Assembly (NCBI GenBank): GCA_000934665.2
Contig: KZ538394.1
Span: 1 to 64,000, forward strand
DNA from: Catajapyx aquilonaris
Taxonomy: Eukaryota
Length of the DNA: 64,000 bases
Direction of reading: 5' to 3'
In this document: one piece after another, positions 1-12,839 of the stretch
Layout of the letters: each line of letters opens with the position of its first letter
Numbering within the stretch: position 1 is the stretch's first letter
Notes under the pieces: model-generated
Databases searched by the model: none
Told to the model about the DNA's origin: nothing
Seen by the model: only the letters and a program-made list of their open reading frames with translations
Program-made: the position numbers and the translations under genes

Positions 1-3000
1 GAGCAATTCCCAACTACAATAAAGCAGCAAATGTGACTGATTAGCAGAAAGGCAGTGAAAATCGAGCGCTCAACTTCCTCTTCCTTCCTTCCAATCAAAC
101 ATTTGTTCAATGCCCCAACCCTTCCCTCCACAGAAGTTGTCTACGTATAATTAACAGGCACTGCAGAATTGTTATGATTCTGGTATACATATCCAACGTA
201 TGGTGGAAATGGCGGCGTCGTGAGTCACTACTGGAGAACCACCATCTGAAAATGCAAAGGTGTATGAGTAACCATGCATAAATTGTTCATTACTAAGTTA
301 TTTACCTCTTATGAAGCCAGGCTCACTTTGTGCCTACGTGCTGCATTTTTGAGAATTGTAGCCAGATACGATCAAACGGGATACGGAGCTTTCAGTTGCT
401 GCACCACCGACCTCATTAAATGATGATTTCAATCATTTATTGCAGTTTCTGAAAGTGAATCGACATTAGTAGAAATAATCGTATGCACAAGATTATCACT
501 TACCATGCTAGTCATCTTGCGGAGATGATTGTCCTGTTGGGAGGTCAGTTTTATGACTCCCTATAGTCAAGTCGGCACATTTTTTTAGCTCATATCCGGA
601 ATTTCTGCACTGAAGATATCCTGCAAAAAAATGAGAAAAATTATACACAAGTCGGCAAAACGAGTTGCAAATAAAAAGGATACATTACGTAAGCTACGTC
701 CAACTGTAGTAGGACCAGCTTCACCTGAAAAATTCAACTGGCAAATTAGAACATTTTCAAATGCCGTAGTAATCAAAATAAATGCTGCAACTATCGTTAC
801 AGGGGGTTTTTTTTTGGCACATTTCCGTGTTGCAGTGTGGCTAATCGAGGCGAATATATGGCCTACCCTAACACCTAACACGTACGCAACACGAATATTC
901 GTCTCGTTCAACCATAACTTCAACCGCAATGTGAAGAAAAAAAAAACCCTTTTGGCCGTTCAATAATTGCAATAGAATTCACCGACACATCAGGCCGTGA
1001 ATCCCATTTCCAATTAGGCTGGCGGACAGTTACTAGCAATCTCACAAAGGGTCTCCTCGTACTGGATTTGCAACAATGGGACGTCAGGCACAGATGTTTG
1101 GGACAACCAGTATTCTGGAAAGACAGGAAACCAAATTAGTAAAATTGCGTCTTTTAAACAAATGGACCCCCCACCCATCCAACCCCCCACCCCTAGTCGG
1201 CCTTACATGACATTACTTTCGGCATTTGATGACAAATGCAATTCCCAACAATGGCCAGACTGCTCAAAATCACGCGTCCCTCCCCCCTGAATTTATTAGA
1301 AAGGCTCCACTCATAGCATCTCACCCTGGAAAGGCTTCTGATCTGATCAGAGACCAGAACAGCTCCTCTGACCTTTTGACCCCAAAGTGCTTTCCAGAGG
1401 GAAGTGTTGCGTTTCCTCAGTCGCCTCTTCAGCTGCCGTCTGATTGACCTTGACCTGAATTGACCTGCCTTTAACACTAAACCCATCCAAAAATGACGGC
1501 AGCCAGACGACCTCCACGCTACACACTTCCTCCCCACATCACGTACACACTCAGCCAAACATGCCAGCGCATGCCACGGACAATATTGTTCGTAGCCTAC
1601 CTATCAACCAATAATTGTCCGCAATATTTGGCCGATTGGTGTACGATAACCAGAAAAAAGTGTAATTAATATTGACACAACACTGTCTGCAAGAGACACG
1701 TTTGGAGCATCGGTCCGAGGGTCCGACCCACCGATGCCATATTACCAAACCTCTCACAAGACGAGTGTGTGGGAACCTGGAAGTGTCTTGTGTTGGACCA
1801 TTGTTGGGTCCTAGTGGAGCCTTTCTCTATGCAAGTCACCTTACACTCCAACGGTGGTTGACATCAAATGGGGTCCGATGGGGCAGGCAGGCAGATGATA
1901 AATCTCCTGTAGGCTGGCACTCTATAGGGAGGAAAGAGTAGATGAAAATGATGGACATCGTGATACACCCTGTACACACTCACCACAGACTGCTGGATGG
2001 GCGGAAAGTGTCTCCGCTGATGATTCCAATCCTGGTCCAATCACTCCGACAATAATCTGACGAATGAACAGAAGTAGATCCGAACAGCCTATTTTTATGC
2101 CTTCATGAGGAAGATAAGACCAAGGCTCGAGTCACGTGACATGCAGAGGCTGATGGGACCGGTTTTTTTTTCTGTAGGCAGGATTACCTGGGAACTGGCC
2201 TGTTCGATCGTGATACATTTTATACTCTAAGAAAGATAGTTCATCCCAATTTGATTAGTATATTTTTCAAAGGACGCAAATACAGCCTAAAAATCGATCT
2301 TGAACCAACTTGTCCCATAGTTTCTTCGCAATTTCAAACAATTTGCTTAGAAGGCAATTTGCGGATCCAAATCCTCAGTTCAAAAGGGATGACGACTGGA
2401 GAAAAATACGCCGAAAAAAATGGCCAAGTTGCCCCAGTGGAGGCAAAAATATTTCAAACTCTACCTATATCAATATAATTATGTATGCGTTGTCTATGCC
2501 AATTAATATGGCAGTTGTGAGGTGACGTGAATCGCAAAAATTCCATCTACGCGGATGTGAGCTAAATTCTGAAACACGCGTTTGAGTACCGCGTGACCTT
2601 AAAAAAGTTGAAACACAAAAATGGACATTTGAATTCCATTCATCACCGAACAAGACGTATATTACTGGTCACACATAATCTTCCTGTCGTCATTTGCATC
2701 ACCCCAAAATCTGTCATAAAAAACTGTCAAAAATTGTGCGGTCCATTCCAATTTAGTGCAGGTACAGGTTGACTGTCGGGTCAGAGGTCACCCGAGCACG
2801 ATCACCTCCGGGTCAGGGGGCAGCACGACCGGCTTGTATGCAGGTTAAGGAACTGGTCAGGTATCTCCTGTAGTCACCTCTTTGGCCAGACCACGCCTGA
2901 CCGCTTGACCTTCGTAGCTACGGGTAAACAAACCACATGACGCCTCATGAGTCAACCAAGTGTCACAGATATTTTTTGTGTATGTGACACTTCCGGAACG

Positions 3001-6000
3001 TAGATGTCAATTTACCGAATGACGATTAGATTGGAGAATTGCAGCTTTGAAAAGGTAGTTGTACTACATCACGTCCGAGGGCACTCCAGGGGCTTCCAGG
3101 ACACGGTTACCAACCTGGGAGGTATTTAGCCATATGAGAGGGTTGTTCTGAAATTGCAAGTCTATTAGGCTCGTGTCAAGGGTCACGAACTTTGACTTGC
3201 CAACGTGACACCGTAATTTTAATCTGATATTTTTTGTCTGTTATCACCGGATTATGCGTACCAGTTAGAATTGAAAGCCACCTTTTTCGTGTATGTGGGA
3301 TGCACAGTTACTGAAATAATCTCGTTATTGTAAGCATCAAAATGGAAGAGTCCTCATTTTTGACCTCGTCCTTGCTCGTGACCTATGGACTGGTTTAAAA
3401 TTTTTTCCAAATTCGACCATATGTTCCAAATTTCGGTTTTCTAGAAACATGTTGGGTGAACATTTGAATTTTGGTTGTATCATCTCACATGGACTGACCC
3501 GCTTGCAACTTCGTGGCGCCCCCTACCTATATGGCCATGAAGATACTGGTGCAAGGTTTGTGTGATTGGCCTTTTACCACATAAACTAGCCACACAGGCC
3601 TTAGAGAACTCGGCTGTAGGTGGTTAAGAATATTTTTCAGCGTTTTAAAGCGAAAAGCCTATAAACCAGCTGGTTATTGCAGAGAACCCTTCAATTTATT
3701 GAAAACGATCCAGTGCTTATACAACAATGTGTGCCCGTTTTGGTGGAGTTCAAGGAGCTTTACAGGTAATCTGCAGGATATCAAGACACCCAAACCATCA
3801 CCACTGACTGTAAATGAAGGGATACAATCAAAACAAGCACTATGAAAAAATAAATTCGGTCTAAGATAATCCGTCCCCTTCCTGATAGTGCGTTCCAGAA
3901 AAATTCAGCGTAATGAATAGGTTTTGCAGGTTAACAATAATTAAGTTTATATCAAAATAGTTGGCACATTTTTCTAAAATGACAACACACGTCAAAACAA
4001 GTAATTTGGAAAAAGAAATGAATGTCAAAGTCCATACGTTCGCTTGCTATGCAGGTTCAAGGACAAATGCAGGTATGTTACAGTTTTTGAAGAATTCCAG
4101 GGTAATCCCATGCGGGATCACTTGGGAACTTTCAGATATTGTTCAGGAGGGCCAATTGAACATATAGGCTATCCCAAGTTTCGTTAAGTAACTCTAAATG
4201 TCCAGGTTTTGAGTAAAAATCGACTAAATGCTCTGGACTATCAGTCATGGCAGTGGGTTATCCGGAGGGGATGGGATTCATATCCATAAGTCGTTTACGT
4301 CACGGTTCTCATTGTATGCTCTTAGGATCATATAGGCCTACTTAATTTGATAATGGCCATAAGAGGTTATTTAGAAACGATTTGACTGACAAAATTGTGG
4401 CCTATATTTCCCCACATAATATTGTCAGACATTGTGAGCATTATTGCCTGCAATATTGGCATAAAATTAAACTACTATATTTCTCGAGTGGCAGCCACAT
4501 CTTGCTATTCTTGTAATTTTGGTACACATTTTTGCTAATTATTCTTCCAGAGATCTGAAAAAAATAATTTAAAAAAATCATCCGGTCTTGAGCGAACTTA
4601 TCGATTGGCTGCAGTTTCAACGACCGACTTTTCTACTGCATACCAGTAGCAATTTATATTGAGGGCATGTAAACCGTGACCGGAAAGGGCGGAAAATCAC
4701 CCGGAACGACGTGCACGCCACTCCCTGCTATATAGACTGTTATCGCTACATATATCACTTCGAAAATTTTCACTCCATAAATCGCTTTTTGTACAAAATC
4801 AATCCATTTACCACCTATAGTCAGATTACGAGTGCCTTTATTTTTTTGCCTTTCGTGATCCAGGCCCAAGCACTTTGCTATTCATAATTGCTATTTTTTT
4901 AACTGTTCGATTTATCTGAATAAATCAAAATACTGATCTGTCCAGGATCAAGGAAGGATTACGACAGAGTCATCTGCTGGCCCAAAAAATTCCATAAGAA
5001 CAAGCAATGTGTCGGATTTGTACAGTCCATGAAAGATGGAATAAAAGATGCATGCATAATTAATTTATTACCCATGTATCGCGTTTTGACCTGCTTTTGT
5101 GTTACCATTTAAATAACACACTGCAGCCTTAAGTGTGCGTGTTCGCGTGCAATATCCACAAGGCGCCACAAAAAAGAGAAGAAAATCGGTGTGCTGCACT
5201 GCAGGGCTCATTCCTACGAATACAAGGAATTTCTCACAGGTGGTAACATGAAAGCAGAATTTATTCGTTCAGGTACTCATCAGCATAGCATTAAAAGCTT
5301 AATTTGACTAGTTAACAATATATTAGAATGTTCAATATAGGAAAATTAGGATTTGTTGGGGGAAAATGTTACTATACTTATAAATACACTATGATATACT
5401 ATATAAGTTATGAAAATGTTATTAAAACAGTCACAAAGCTAGGCCACCATACAAGGCACCGAATTATCCCCAAACAATGGCTGTATCCCAGCCTGTAACA
5501 ACTTTCTTCAGACGGAATCCTCTGTGGTCCCCCTAAGATATTTTACATTCTGGTCAATTCAACAATGACATTAGAATATCCTCGGCTAGATCAGTCAGTT
5601 ATGTCTTACCAAGGAAGCAGGAATGCGATAATGAACATAAGAGCTCTACGTACGGTAATCAATAACTACGACTCGTCCATATTATTCGATTTTTATATGT
5701 AAGGCATCAAAAAGCAAACGTATTCCATTTACTTGAGGACCAGTTTCATTAAGTTTCGTTAAGTGCTAACTGATGCAACTTAATTATTCAGTCAGGTGTT
5801 AAGGAGAGTTTGTTTGGTTCTAGCAAAATACATAATGCCCTCGCTGATGGTTAGGCTATACTGTTACTGTTACGAAATCCTGCTGGTAGACAATGAGAAT
5901 AGCTTTTAGACTGGCATGTCGTTACAATTCCTTGATTGCACAAAATATTTTCAAAATCACACCACTACAAATAATAAAATCACATCAAATCTTAAGTCAA

Positions 6001-6046
6001 ACTGTCTCGGCAGCACAGGCTCTATGCGCAAAATGATGCACATGCA

Positions 6047-6472
6047 TTAAACACCATCGCTTTCGTCCGTTTCGATAGTAGATTTGAGCAAATATTCCTT
6101 CCTAGTCATTTCCACCACACCATTTATCTTCGGACCTAAGTCTTCTGGTAACTGATGGTACATGACTTCAGGAGGATTCATTCTCTTCACCTTCCAGTAT
6201 ACCAGAAGCCCGACGGCCACAAAGACGCACATGAGGGCGCCAATGTGCCATGTAAACAGAAGAGTCGCCAGCATCATCTGACGGTGGTTCTCTTGGTTCC
6301 AACCCTCTCCGATTGGCGGGTACAACATGAACCCGACCTGGTAAAACCATGTTCCCTGGAGGATTGTGAAGAACGTCCTGGACAACGCCGGCAACACGTG
6401 GTGCTTGCGGTGCATTTCCATGATGGCGGACACTGCACACGATACTACAGTGTACACCAAGAACATATGTAC
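6047..6472 (-). CDS. TMEM45: TMEM45 terminal coding exon (VHMFLVY...ESDGV*)
   Basis: Acceptor ttttacag|, TAA stop at 6047-6049; lies within ORF 6047..6493. Confidence 0.93.
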   Translation of the reverse strand, partial: VHMFLVYTVVSCAVSAIMEMHRKHHVLPALSRTFFTILQGTWFYQVGFMLYPPIGEGWNQENHRQMMLATLLFTWHIGALMCVFVAVGLLVYWKVKRMNPPEVMYHQLPEDLGPKINGVVEMTRKEYLLKSTIETDESDGV

Positions 6473-7744
6473 CTGTAAAATGTTGTCTGTCATGAGGCAG
6501 AGAAAGGGTTGGTATGAAATGACATGTACACTTTATAACGAGCCTCCAAGAAAATAACCACGTGTGGCAGGCCTATTTTATGCGATGTACCAACCTGTAC
6601 ATCCATGGATGATCTTCCATGGAGGTGATAAAAAAATAACAGAGCCTCCACACCAAAGGCCAACGTGGCTGACATGTAGTCCAAATTTGGGGGTAATTGG
6701 AACTTCTTGTAATACAGGAAATCAATGAATCCACTGAATCCGAAGAAGAAATACATCGTTATGTGCTGTGCGTTTCCCATGTGGGTCCATTCACCATTTT
6801 CGAAACCGGTGTAGAATTCCCCTGGAAACAAAGAAAAGTCAAGGTAAAATATGGCGTGACTTGATAGGCATGTACACATAAATCGATGATGTAAAATAAG
6901 TATGGAATCGAAGGCTAGACTAAATGTACGTTGCACTTTTTAAGGACATCAAGTGATGATGTCTTAATAAATGAGCACTATTGAGTCACTTACCTATTAT
7001 TCCAATGGTAGTGGCAGTAATCTTGAGGGCTGGTTCAATGGGCGGCCAACATGGACATGGAAAGGTGCATGTACTTTTGTACAAAAGCCCTCGAGATGAG
7101 AACTTTCTTGCTGTAAAATATCTGGAAAAAAATATGACTTGAATTTTCATCAGATTGCTGTTAATTTCTCATACATAGGCCGAACGCTTTCATTTTTAAC
7201 ACTAGGTGGGTTGAGCTTTTGGATTATTTAGCATATTCCCCCTAAACAGTTGAAACAAAAGTAAGAAATGGGCGATTTATAATGGCACTGGATACAAGGC
7301 AAAAAAATTCAGCTATATTGGCATGGGTAATGTTCCTCCCCGTGGCTTATCAAAAGTTTGGGCAAATATACACCCCCAAGCTATGAGTGCACAAGTTTCA
7401 GACTGATACCTTGTCGAGAAGTTGGAGAAAAACTATGGGCAAACAAACAAACAGATTGACAGACAGATACGACATGGTTTTCTTAATATATGATACTTGC
7501 CAAAATGCAATCGAATGCAAGCCACAAGATGTGATGGCTGACATGATGAGCAACAATAAAGAAACATTGTCAGCCGAGTTGAGATTTTTCGATTTCCTAA
7601 TTACTGGGCAATGTAGAGATCCAGCGAATCTCCTTGTGCGTGAAATAATATGAAGTCAAACCTGAGGAAAATGTTGTACAGCCACCAGGATCCAAAGGCA
7701 ATGAAAATAGTTCCAGGAAGTATATGACCCATAAGCGTTCCCAT
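6047..7744 (-). CDS. TMEM45: TMEM45-family multi-pass membrane protein, 287 aa; join(7744..7662,7121..6994,6821..6595,6472..6047)
   Basis: Four exons with GT-AG borders and matching phases (83+128+227+426=864 nt). N-terminus MGTLMGHILPGTIFIAFGSWW, internal NAQHITMYFFFGFSG, LFFYHLHGRSSMDVQVH and LQGTWFYQVGFMLYPP are characteristic TMEM45 motifs. Confidence 0.93.
6595..6821 (-). CDS. TMEM45: TMEM45 coding exon 3 (EFYTGF...HGRSSMDVQ)
   Basis: Acceptor tttccag|, donor CAG|gttggt; lies within ORF 6490..6936. Confidence 0.92.
6994..7121 (-). CDS. TMEM45: TMEM45 coding exon 2 (YFTARKF...KITATTIGII)
   Basis: Acceptor tttttccag|, donor G|gtaagt, phase 2 in and phase 1 out, open frame. Confidence 0.88.
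7662..7744 (-). CDS. TMEM45: TMEM45 coding exon 1 (MGTLMGHILPGTIFIAFGSWWLYNIFL)
   Basis: ATG at 7744; donor AG|gtttga; an acceptor (ttcag) about 10 nt upstream of the ATG implies an upstream non-coding exon. Confidence 0.9.
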
Positions 7745-10335
7745 CCTTGGTTATCTGAAATTGTAATAACATTTACAAATTATATTGCATTGCTTTCCTG
7801 CAAAATACTTCTGAATTTTCCGCAATAACTACAAGAAAAGTGCCCTACATATTCATTACAATTAGCCTAAATAATGAAATAGTGGGTTGTCTTTATTTGC
7901 CACAACCACCTTTGGCAATCCTCTGAATCAGAAACATATCCGAGGGCAACGTGGCAGGTCAGGTTGCAATCGATTACACATACGGTCTAATCTCTTGGTA
8001 CTCAGCAACGGTAGATAACTTACACACGCTCACGTGCAGTCACGGTCTCCCGGAATCAGATAAGTCATTCATATGACACCCAAATAACAATAACGAATGC
8101 AAAAAAAAAAAAAAAACGCGACAATCTTTGCCCCCCAGATTTGACACCGACTAACCAGATCGATAAAGTCGATACAATGAGTGCTTAAATCCGGACCACG
8201 GAGGAGCGTTCCGTGTCAGTCACCATAATGCCAGAAGTGGCTAATGCTAATATGAAATCAATTCTTGCAAGGTCCAAACCACCTGGTCGTGAGTCCGCGC
8301 AACGTTCCTGCCCGATCAACAGATTTTCAAGAGGAATTTAGCCAGTGTACACATAATAATTATATGTACAGTTATACAGTAGCCTACTATACAGAAGGTT
8401 ACCGGCAGTGCTCCCCCCCATTATTGCGCTAATTGTGTGAAGTCAGTGTCATTGGGACAATAGCCAACAAAAGGCACTTCCTATGTGGTATACCAATGAA
8501 TTTGGGTTCAAGGTTTAACTCGCAGCTACATCTGTGTTGCCTAAGTATAAATGGACGAATATGACATTCTCGCTGTCGCGAAGTGCATTCTGCAAAGGTA
8601 AAAAGGATGTGGACACAAATTATCGACACAAGTGACTAAAAATATTAGTGTTATATCAGTATGTTGATAAAAGATTGAAGATAGTGGCTACTGGCGCTGT
8701 CACCCCCGCATTGTTAGTTTGAGTGGGGAGGAACCAAAGAAACTATCTCTCTATTACAAGATAGGTAGATGGACAGATACAGGGTGTTTCCTGTAACTCT
8801 GTAAAGACTTCCCTGCATGGATATCAATGGTAAAAGGCATTGTTGGTAAGTATCATCTATATCAAAGGATTGTAAAACGCATTATGATGTAACAAGTTAG
8901 TTTCTAATCATGTCATGAAATGATTTGTCTTGTGATCAGCTTTCTGGCCTTTGACCTAATGGGGGGGGGGGGGTCCTAGCCTACATTTAGCAAACCCATG
9001 TAAAAAATTGTCCTTATTTTTAAATGAATTCTGGTGTTTTTTGTTTGAAGAAATAAATATTAATTTTCAAGCCCTGAAAGATCTAAGATCAGAATAATTA
9101 TACGATATCGTATTGCCCTCTGACGTCACTTGGGTCAGAGGCCACGCCCCCGTTTTTCCCGCCAATTTGCGAGTGACTTTTAAACCCCCGATAATTAATC
9201 GAGGAATGCTATTTTGGTGCCGAAAAGTGGTGGAATGCGTGTTTATATGTATGGTTGAGCTATTTGTGTACAAATTACCCAAATCCCAGGCCAAGGCTAG
9301 GTCCCCAGTATCTATTTATAAACTCGTTTTTAACCATTTTTATAATAATACGAATGAAGAAAGTGTGCCTCTCATTGCTGCGATTATTTCGTTTCGTCCC
9401 AACTTCGCTGCTGGGGACAACCTAAATCGCTCTATGAATTCAATGGGCAATCTCATTCTAATTCTTGCATATGACGTGGTGGCTGGACTATGGCAGATTT
9501 TATTATAAAAAATTTTCGCCATTGAAGTTGGTCAGGAGTTGGCCTATCAATAATACGGGACTCATGGGAGGGACATGTCGTGTGCAATTTCTGAGACTGT
9601 TTAAATATTTTGTGAAAATCAAAGACACTCACTATCGAAATATGCACCTCAAATAAGTAGGCTATGACAGACAAAATGCAGACTGTTCATTACGTATGGA
9701 ACATACGCATTTATTGAACATAACTGCTGCCAGAGAATGGAAACACATGTTGAATTCGTGCTGCTATTCATTTCTTACTACAATACGTTTTTCATCAAGT
9801 CATATAACTATAACACCCCTTTTTTACAATACACCTGGGGCGTGAAAAGGAAATAACTTTGTACAGTCAACACCAAAAACAATATTGGTTGGTAACAGAA
9901 AATGCTCACATAAGTTTCTGGCACTTACACTGATGAGTTAGAGCAAAGAAAGTATAGTATCATACCTTTTGCCTGGGTACTGTATATCTGGTAATTTGCA
10001 TTATAATATGCAGTACTCTCCCTGCTGGCTCCTGCCTTTTTTCTTTCATATGTCGGACAATACTGTTTCTGGCCACCAGACTTACGAAGCTATCAGCTGT
10101 TTGTCTCAGGGAAACTTATGGGCTTAAAACAGGATTTACATAACCGAATGGATACGGGGACTGAAACACAAAATGGGTCACATTGATATTTCAGAATAGG
10201 CCTCCTTGTAAAAACCATTGGAAAAAAATAAGGACCTCGCGTACATCTGACGTGAGTAAAGTGATAAACGATAATAATTATGTTATTCGTTTTCTGTAAA
10301 AGGCAGATCCTACTTACTGCTTTATCTGAATGCTA

Positions 10336-10620
10336 CACACTCCGGACAACCCACCGAGGTAACTGAGGGCGATTAGAGGCTTGGCAAGACTCGCTGTCAT
10401 GCCTCGCGTACAGGGATGGAAAAAGAACCGCTTCTTGGAAGGAAGCGGTTCTTTTTTTCAACCCTGAACATGGAAAAAAGAACCGCTTCCTTCCAAGAAG
10501 CGGTTCTTTTTCCATCCCTGCTCGCGTATGATTATTTCCGAAACACAAATGGATATGACACCGAGTCTTACCAAGCAGCTTATCGCACTCAGTTATCACG
10601 GTGGGTTGTGCGGAGTGCCT
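10336..10620. mobile_element. Older palindromic MITE (possibly PIF/Harbinger) hosting the hAT MITE
   Basis: CACTCCGGACAACCCACCG...CTTGGCAAGACTCGCTGTCAT versus ATGACACCGAGTCTTACCAAG...CGGTGGGTTGTGCGGAGTG. Confidence 0.7.
10411..10520. mobile_element. 110-bp hAT-type MITE
   Basis: TIR CAGGGATGGAAAAAGAACCGCTTC...; perfect 8-bp TSD CTCGCGTA at 10403-10410 and 10521-10528. Confidence 0.9.
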
Positions 10621-11165
10621 TAGCTACAAACGTTCTCAGTCAGTCATTCCAACACTCTATGTCGACTACATACATTAAAATAATTTTTTCCGACTTCCAA
10701 GCGTAAGTTCATACGGTACTGTATCACTAAACAGTAACACTGTCACTGTCCGTCACGCACTGGGTACGTACACCCATATTCGCGTGATTTTATTCATAAA
10801 CACCCCCGAATTGCATTCTAAAACATACCACATTATCTGCTGCTGCAAATGGTTGTTTTACATGTCCCAGGTTCAGTGACGCCATTGTAATTGGACGGCG
10901 TTATGCAATAATGGGTCAACCCACAAAAATGTCAAAATTGTGTTCAGCCCAGAAACATACACCCAAAGGATAGTACTTCATTCAGTTAAAATCAAGGTGA
11001 CGAAATCTGTATACTTCTGCCATAAATGACCGAAATTAATATCACAGGTATGACCTTCAAATCCCTTTTTCTCAAAACTGGGTTGACTCATTATTGCATA
11101 ACACCATCCAACTATCCCTACAACTCGAATAACCCCCTCGATTTTCCGGATACAAACACGCTTAC

Positions 11166-11340
11166 CTATCAAGTGTCCGGCCGAGTTGACTCTGACTTGC
11201 GATTCCTTCCACTACTCCACTGCGTCTGCCGCCAAAATCCAACCAGGTGCAAATGACTTGCGCGGCAGGCAGGGTTGGATGATAGGATGGGGGGGAAAGA
11301 GGTGGGGCAGGTGATATGTTTAGGGGGTGGGTTCTCTCAA
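11166..11340 (-). promoter_or_regulatory. Candidate promoter and non-coding first exon of TMEM45
   Basis: Donor AG|gtaag at 11161-11165, Inr-like TCATTT at 11251-11256, GC-rich upstream sequence. Confidence 0.4.
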
Positions 11341-12582
11341 CAGGATTCTATTGATAAGTGTGTAACTAAGGCTCGAGATAACGAGTGGAGTGCAATGAGG
11401 ACGGGAAGGATGGTTTCCGATATGAATATTTATGCCGCTTGTTATAACATTGAAATTCGTAATAGGATGACCGATGACGTGTTAGCAGCATGCGCACCAT
11501 ACACAATATTACACTGGACTGCTGTGCATTGTGGCACATAGAAGAATCCAAGGACAATGCAATTAATTGTTCAATTGTGGCCGGGTTGGAGGGCAAATAC
11601 TGGCATTTCTTGCACATGTTCCAGGGCACTAGGGCAAAATGCAGGGTGGTCCACATGGCGCTGAATGGGCCTTTTCCATGCGTTCGTTCGTGTAGTGTAC
11701 AGTAGCCTACGGCGGTTTACAAAATAACTTATTTGGAGTGAAAACGAAAAGAGATATTTACTGGAACAAATTTTATAAGCAGGCTGCATGTTTCTAAATT
11801 ATTTTTATCTGGCGATTTTGCCTACTTGCCATGTGGCAGGTATACCAGCAGTTGTTAGGAAATCCAGCCAAACAAACTGTACCACGTCTAATCTTTTTTA
11901 ACAAATGCGAACCAACCCTGGCTTTAGCAATGGGAAAGACGTGCCATCATTTTTCCACATGATGGCACCTGGCATCAGAAGCACCACCATCTTGTAATGG
12001 TGACACGGAGGGACTATAGTTCCTAGTTTGCCTTATTCTTACAGCAGTTAGTGGGAACCAATGCTTAGCCCTTGTGGTTCTCTGAAATTACACCCCTGGA
12101 TTTTCACCTTTGGAGATAAGTAAAATACAGGGTGTATAATATTATGTAATCCGGGTAGTGCTTCACTTTCTTACAGGGCGATTCTCCCAAATCCGAATCC
12201 AAACATTCCTCAATAAGTGTCCCCTCCCCAAAAATCCCTATCCTTACCTCATGTCCTTTCATCCTTGCACCGGAGTTAGAAGAAAAAAAATCAGAAAATT
12301 GAAGGAAAAATGGTGGTATTCCACACCCCCTATAATGGCCTATGGCCCTATCACGGGGTAACGTTAAAAAAAATCCTCAATAACTTTTTAATTATTGTAT
12401 GGTTCTCCATGAAATTGACATGTACTTACCTTGTATAATGACAAACAAGGTCGGCCTAAAGCATGTGCTGGAAGTGGTCCCATCCAGCATCCAGGAATTT
12501 TTGAATGTGAGTCTGCATATTGGGGTATACAGGGCCGTGCAGAGGGGAGAGGTGCCACGGGGTACACATACCTGCCTCGGAA

Positions 12583-12839
12583 CAGGCGCGGATCCAGAAA
12601 TGTTTTCAGGGGGGGCACAAGGGTATAGGTGGGGGGGGGGNNNNNNNNNNNNNNNNNNNNNNNNNNNNNNNNNNNNNNNNNNNNNNNNNNNNNNNNNNNN
12701 NNNNNNNNNNNNNNNNNNNNNNNNNNNNNNNNNNNNNNNNNNNNNNNNNNNNNNNNNNNNNNNNNNNNNNNNNNNNNNNNNNNNNNNNNNNNNNNNNNNN
12801 NNNNNNNNNNNNNNNNCCCCCCCCCTGGATCCGCGCCTG
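12583..12839. mobile_element. hAT-type MITE spanning an assembly gap, inserted in a Tc1/mariner remnant
   Basis: TIR CAGGCGCGGATCCAG / CTGGATCCGCGCCTG; TSD CCTCGGAA / CCTCGGAG (7 of 8 match); the right flank reads PDFFLWGLLKG. Confidence 0.82.
12641..12816. other. Assembly gap flanked by poly-G / poly-C
   Basis: N run. Confidence 0.99.

Noticed and set aside
1405..1436. Hammerhead-like core on the minus strand (CTGAAGAG...GAAAC), as in Penelope elements
   Set aside because: Stem II cannot pair and I could not build stems I and III; at most a decayed remnant. An Infernal search would settle it.
1551..2060. GC-richer stretch with short ORFs in several frames
   Set aside because: No recognisable protein motif or splice-consistent exon; probably decayed TE.
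2778..2790. Perfect nuclear-receptor DR1 (GGGTCAGAGGTCA) and a TGACCT cluster at 1445-1466
   Set aside because: Short motifs that are common in repeat-derived sequence here; no supporting context.
5258..5290. Second hammerhead-like core (CTGATGAGT...ACGAAT, minus strand)
   Set aside because: GAAT instead of GAAA and no convincing flanking stems.
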